Positions 58,590-64,000 of a DNA stretch of 64,000 bases are shown here, piece after piece; within the stretch, counting starts at the first letter, position 1; every line of letters begins with the position of its first letter. Source of the DNA: Vicugna vicugna. Lineage: Eukaryota. The notes below the pieces were generated by a model. The model ran no database searches and was not told the DNA's origin. It saw only the letters and a list, made by a program, of their open reading frames with translations. The position numbers and the translations under genes were made by a program. The stretch is taken from NCBI GenBank assembly GCA_013265495.1, contig MU060988.1, positions 668,409 through 732,408 on the forward strand, read 5' to 3'.

Positions 58590-59070
58590 TCCATGACTAA
58601 AAACCCCTTTGACAAAAACATTGCCAGGCCCGGATGCTTTTACCAGCAAATTCTACCAGACATTTCGGAAACAGCAACATGCATCAAAACTCATACACCT
58701 ATAGACCAAAATTGCCATTTTTCCTGTAAAATAATGTAAAATATACAGAAAAACAGAGTAAAAAGGACAGCATCAATTTGACTCAAATGGTTTTAAAAAC
58801 ACCTTTGCTTTTAGCCGGACACGAAAGGGCAAATACTATGCAATTCCATTTGTCTGAGGTGCCTGGAAGAGTCAAATTCAGAGACAGAGAGGGGAACGGT
58901 GGTGCCGGGGCCGGGGGAGAGGGGGCAGGGAGCCAGCGTTTAGTGAGTGGGTGCAGAGGCTCACTTCGGAGACGGGAAGGCAGGAACGCCTGCCAACAGC
59001 ATGAGTGTACTTAATGCCACTGAACTGCGCACTGAAAAGCAGTTACACTGCTAAAGTTTATCTAAAACCA
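58590..59070 (+). mobile_element. L1 fragments: ORF2 piece (~58590-58680) and old L1 3' terminus (~58810-59070)
   Basis: CCAGGCCCGGATGCTTTTACCAGCAAATTCTACCAGACATTT (PGPD-FT-KFYQTF); GGACACGAAAGGGCAAATACTATGCAATTCCATTTGTCTGAGGTGCCTGGAAGAGTCAAATTCAGAGACAG...TGTACTTAATGCCACTGAACTG. Confidence 0.7.
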
Positions 59071-61715
59071 CCCTCACTCTTCATCAGGAAAGTCGACTTC
59101 CCAAATTGTACTCGTAGGAAAATGAAACAGCACAAGGGCGTTCTGAAAGCAGGCAGTTAAACCTTGAGCGGTGGACCCGTCTCTGCAGACGCGTGCGGCG
59201 GGCCTGGCGCGCGCGCACTCCGGACTTCCTTGCACGTGGCGAGCACGCAGGCGCCGTCACACACGGGACAGGGTCTGCGTGTACCGTGATCACGAGCCAG
59301 ACAGACCCTGAGTCCATCTGTCCAACCCTTTGGACTTTCAAAGAGCCTTGCTTTTGCTTCCCACAAATGGCAACCAAAAGCTGAAGAAGGATGTTGCATT
59401 CATTTCTGGCCAGACCTGAGCCGACCAGAGCCTTAAACAGACCAGCACGTGGACAGGGGGCCACGGAGACTCCGGCCCCATCAGTCAGTGACAGAGGTTT
59501 GAGTCCCTTTCCTTACCTCCCCCTTGAGGTCATCCAGAGAAAAGGGCAGAGAGAGAAGGGGGGCCACACCCCCACGGCCGGATTTCTAGATCCCGGCACC
59601 TGCCCAGTGTGGCCCACATTCCTGAATCAGAAAAGTTTCAGTCCCTTTGCAGCTTCTGGGCCCAAGTCCTCCCCCGACCCCGACAATTGCCAACTGACTG
59701 AACCCCAATGATGTCCACATGCAAAGTACAGCTTCCAGACACCTGGCACCAACAAACACCCAAAATAAACACGACGTGACTCACTCACCCAGCTCTGTGC
59801 GCCACAGCTTCTGAACGGTAATTACCCCCCGTCTAAACTCCGGGTCAAGAAATCACAGGCATTTTAATCCAAATAAGAGCATCGCAAAGATTACGCTGGA
59901 CCAATAAAGGGAAAACCGATCTGAATGTTCCCAGTTCTCAATTTCCAGCAGCATTCCTCCGCGTGCACAGCTGAAAGAGCCGTGTATTACGAGCACACAA
60001 TCTCTGCAAACCGTGTCTGAGTTAATTTCTCCTTCCTTCTCCGTGGTCAGGCCTCCAGTCGTTCAACGCCCACGCAGAACACACGCCTCAGGACGCGGGG
60101 ACCGCGTCTGAAACCCCCCATGCTTCACCGTCTCTGCCAAGTCTCATGATTCCAAGAACATCCTGACTGAGGACAGGGCTGCGAGAAGACAACCGATCCA
60201 GCCGCTGTGTCCCAGACCTCTACGTGACAGACTCGGGTCCCTTGAAGCAGAGGAAGGAGGCAGAAAGGACGTTTGTTCCCTGACACGTCCCCCCTGGCCA
60301 ACCTTTCCAGTGTGTCAAGACCAGAGGGCGGGCCCCGTGTCTGTCACCCGCGAGCCCCACGGGGGTTCCAGCTGTGAAGGCCCCGGACGCGCCGTCAGGC
60401 CACCCTAGGAAGTTTCAGAAGACACCCTGAGCCGGGCAGCTGGTGCCTTAGAACCTGGGGGGTGGGCGGTGGGGGGCAGGGCTGGAGCTGCCGCCGCTCT
60501 GCACTCACCGCCGTCACCAGGCGTCTCCGGAGCCAGCTCTCCGGCACCCCAGCGGCACCCCCAGTGGGGGAGGGTCGGCTCAGGGCACCACGAAGGCCCC
60601 ACCAGCCCCCGCCGGAGGCACCAGCCGGACGGACCAGAGCGTCAGAGCAGCAGACTCAGGCACGTCCCTGGCCGCCAGGGCAGGCCGTGCCTTCCTAAGA
60701 AACAGCGAGCCCAGAGGCTCCCCTGGAAGCCTCAGAGGCCGGGGGGTGGTGCCCGCACCATGCCCCACACACCCGGAAACGAGGGGAGGCCCCGGGGCCC
60801 CGGGGACGTCCCTCTGAGCCTCAGCCAGCAGGGGAGCCAGCAGACACAGCGCCAGGCCCAGAACCCACGCTCCCTCCTGCCGCCCGACCCTGGTCACAGC
60901 CCCGGCCCCTGAGGCACCCACCCGCCACCCTGCCCGCCACCTCGAGCCCTTCCAACCTCCGGCGCCAGCCCGCTCGCCCAAGCACGCATGCGTGCGTTAG
61001 CTTCGGGCGTCACACCTGATGGGAAGGAAAGAAAGACCCACCTTCCTTATCAGCCTGGGGCGCCCTGCCTCCCTCCCCTCGGCCGCCGAGCCTGCCCCAG
61101 GGCAGCATGCTGTCCCTCTTCTGTTCCACCCCAGTCACTCATCATCCAATTAACAGGACGGCCAAGAGGCCCGACAAGAGCGTGCCAGGCGGACAGGAGG
61201 CCAACCTCGGCGGCGTGGAGGGCAGCGACAGGGCGGCCAGAGCGGGACCTGAACTGAGCTTTCTGCCCAGAAAGAGACGTCGTCAGGAGGCGGGGCACCC
61301 AGGTTCCAGCTGACGAGCACCTGCACCACGTCCAGGTCAGGAACCAGAGCGTTTCGTTGGAAAGAAGGTGCTAAGCACCAGCCCCAGAGGCCCCGAGGGA
61401 GCTGCTCGAGCCCAACGATGGGGCCGGAGGCGACCACGAGGAAGGTGCAGCCCAGCGAGACCGCAGGCCAGCGGGCGTGGGGCTCAGCGCGCACAAGGCC
61501 GGAGCTGCACTCCCAGCCCCATCATGACGCAAGGAGCACCGCCTTCCTCCAGGCCGGAGCCGGGCTCCACGCACAGCCTCTGCGGGTGAGCCACAAGCCC
61601 TGCCTGCCTGGTCAGGGAGCAGTCACCCCGTGGGTGGACATCCTGTGCACCCCAAGTGAGCGCACGCACCTGGCCTACAACCCATCACGGGGGCGAGGCG
61701 CTGGGGGATGCTGAC

Positions 61716-62099
61716 CAGGACGGTTAACTTTATGCATCACCTCGGCTGGGCCAGAATGCCCAGGTACCTGGTCAAGCTGCTCCAGACGCTTCCGCGAAGG
61801 CGTTTTTTGAATGTATTGCTGCTGAACTCAGCAGCCCTTGACTACAGCAGGTTACCTCGCTGCTGTGAGTGGGCTCCGTCCAGCTGCTGCAGGTCTCCGC
61901 AGGAAACACACTGATCTCTCCCGAGAAAGGGGAGTCCTGCCTCCGGGTGGCCTGAGCCCCCAGCTTCCGGCCTGGCCTGCAGATTTCAGACTTGCCAGCC
62001 TCCCTAATTACGTGAGCCAGTTCCTTAAAATACACTTCTCTTTCTACACACACACCCCCCTGTCAGTTCTGTTTCTCTACAGAACCCTGACTGATAACA
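61716..62099 (+). mobile_element. MLT2 (ERVL) solo LTR, diverged
   Basis: GACGGTTAACTTTATGCATCACCTCGGCTGGGCC...GCAGATTTCAGACTTGCCAGCCTCCCTAATTACGTGAGCCAGTTCCTTAAAATA...TCTGTTTCTCTACAGAACCCTGACTGATAACA. Confidence 0.72.
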
Positions 62100-62327
62100 A
62101 TCAGGGACACAGCTTCCCAGATGCCACCTGCCTGGGCCACCCCAGCTCCAGAGCAGAACCTCGCTGCGGAGAAAAGGCCCTGCGAGTACAGAGCGCCCCC
62201 CAGAGGGTCCCATGAAAAGGCCACGTGTGCACACGGTCAAGGACCCACCAGCTAGCGTCCTGCTGGGGTGCTAACTGCTCCCAGGAGAACGTGCTGCGTT
62301 ACGTATGACACCATGACGAGTTCCCAC

Positions 62328-62397
62328 CTGTACACGTGACCATTCTAGGTAAACGAGAGGCGTGGGGGGGAGTCGGGGAATCAGTTTCATCATTTGG
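62328..62397 (-). other. Candidate non-coding exon F (70 nt) carrying three upstream ATGs
   Basis: Long acceptor ttttctgttcatcatcctcattgtattttcAG at 62399-62398, donor CAG|GTGGGA at 62327. Splice-signal evidence only. Confidence 0.45.
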
Positions 62398-63919
62398 CTG
62401 AAAATACAATGAGGATGATGAACAGAAAACCGGTCCCATCAGCCTCCTACTGCGCAGAGACTCCTAAATCCACGAGTGCCTTCTGGAATGCAGGCCTCCC
62501 GCCCTGCTGTGCTCTATTGTCAGGCACACACATGCACATGCACAGCCAACCACGGGCACCACCAGTTCCTCCTCTGGGCCCACCATTCACAGGGGCCACG
62601 GGACGTCCCAGAGGCAGGCGGCCAGGCTGGCACAGCCAAAGCCGGCCCCAGAGTGAGGGGCACGGAAAGCTCCGACCCCTCAGGACACCCCTGTCCCCGA
62701 GACAAGCCACAGAAGCAGGTGACGGTCCCGCTGGTCTCCAGGCAGAGTTCTTCACGTCTATGAAAAACTTACAGACGAAATGCTTTCAGACAGGCTTTCC
62801 TTTCTCACAATGCTCTGAAATGAAAGAAATGCTCCAACTCAATAACACGAGTAAAAGAGCAATTCAACTGCCATTACAATGGGTGAAGACCAAGGTCAGG
62901 TGCTTCAGCAGAAAATGCAAACAACCAACAAGCCGAACAGGCGATGGGGCCAGAGACCCAGGGACCACCCCCACGTTCCTGATTGCGCTGGTGGGGACTA
63001 AACACAGCAGCCTGCTCGGGCGGAGGGGCAGGAGGGGCTCCTGTGAGCTCGCGGGCCCAGCGCTGCCCCGGCAGACAGCCCGGCCACCCCGGTCAGAGGT
63101 ACACACACATACACCCTGTGACTCAAGCATCTTAGTTCTAAGGCTTCTTCCCAAAAAACATACTCACGGGGGTGCACCAGGGAAAAGGGCACGGAGGTGG
63201 CAGCCTGGGGGGACACCCACACGCCCACCACGGGGCGAAACACAGGGCACGTGGCCCGCAGGGACTCGTGCACGGCTTCAGGGCACGACCCGGAGCCCGC
63301 GTGTCGACGCCACACGCTGAGTGAAAAAACGCGAGTCGCAAAACCCTCCAGGGTGTGACCATGTCTTTGGGAAGCCACCTCTACGTGAACACGCCCTGTG
63401 CGTCTGCACACACGTGCGTATGCCGACGGCGCAGGGAAGCTGGCGGTGAGCGGCGTGGACCCTGGGCATGGAGAGCCAGCTTCTACTCTCCGCCTTCTTT
63501 CTTCATTTTCAAACAATAAAAATGCTATCAAAATAAAGGAAAGGTTAGTCAGCATATCTGACTTCCTGTTCACACTCAAGATTCAAGGGGTGTTTTTTGT
63601 AGAAACATTACTTAAAAGAAAAGGTCCCACCGGCCGAGATAAAACTCACATAAAAAGATAGAAGGCCCTTTCCTGTTTCCCCTGTGAGTCAACGCAAGAT
63701 TATTTCGCCAAGCAGCAAGTTTCCACCACGCTCTCATTTCTATAACTTCCCACGATGGCAGAAGGCGGCCGCGGTTTCCACTTTCCTGCTGATAAAGCCG
63801 CACCGAACTGCATCCTGGGGAAGGTGAGCGCCTGCCAGCGCCCGTCCCCACCCCGCCAGGGCCACCCGCCTCCTGCCAGCCCCACAGGGCACTTCCACTG
63901 CCTTCCTGTGCATTTCGGG

Positions 63920-64000
63920 AGGCTGCAAAAAACGTCCACCCAGAGCCTGTGGGTGTGACGTTATTTGGAGAAAGGGTCTTTGCAGATGTATTTAAGGCCA
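63920..64000 (+). mobile_element. MLT1 LTR 5' part, cut by window edge
   Basis: CCAGAGCCTGTGGGTGTGACGTTATTTGGAGAAAGGGTCTTTGCAGATGTATTTAAG resembles the MLT1B/D start. Confidence 0.65.

Larger units (their letters stand above)
6638..64000 (-). other. SEMA4D: SEMA4D 5' intronic region containing candidate non-coding exons
   Basis: No recognisable coding exons of another gene; repeat-rich. SEMA4D is known to have a long, multi-exon 5' UTR region. No clear main promoter inside the window. Confidence 0.65.

Noticed and set aside
59777-59910. GGG|GTGAGT donor with AP-1 and CCAAT nearby as a possible alternative first exon
   Set aside because: No convincing acceptor or promoter structure; insufficient evidence.
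62394-63320. 308-aa ORF
   Set aside because: No domain or codon signal; overlaps the antisense of an acceptor tract and GC-rich intron.

Overview
This is mammalian genomic DNA, not prokaryotic: GC-rich, repeat-laden, with two assembly gaps (34037-34560 and 45947-46134). The minus strand carries the 5' part of SEMA4D (semaphorin-4D / CD100). Four coding exons (6278-6383, 4698-4843, 2145-2207, 493-591; 106+146+63+99 = 414 nt) have canonical GT-AG sites and join in frame into the signal peptide and first 138 aa of the sema domain. The next coding exons lie left of the window. The ~57 kb above 6637 is most likely 5' intronic sequence, and the main promoter probably lies beyond the right edge. Three tRNA-Ala-derived SINEs and the 3' ends of the young L1 copies point to a camelid (Camelus/Vicugna/Lama); this is an inference. 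Nearly all long ORFs in the supplied track are artefacts of high GC content or N-runs. I found no evidence of a new enzyme system, CRISPR array or functional RNA gene. The most interesting signals are regulatory and evolutionary: (i) candidate non-coding 5' exons whose inclusion could switch upstream ORFs ahead of SEMA4D; (ii) lymphoid-type motif clusters (octamer, ETS/RUNX); (iii) CpG gain in an ancient L1 compared with a young L1, suggesting GC-biased gene conversion; (iv) a CAG tract running into a gap, followed by a CpG-poor block; (v) nested retroelements with target-site duplications (TSDs). Repeat family names and human comparisons come from recalled consensus features, not database searches, so repeat boundaries are approximate.
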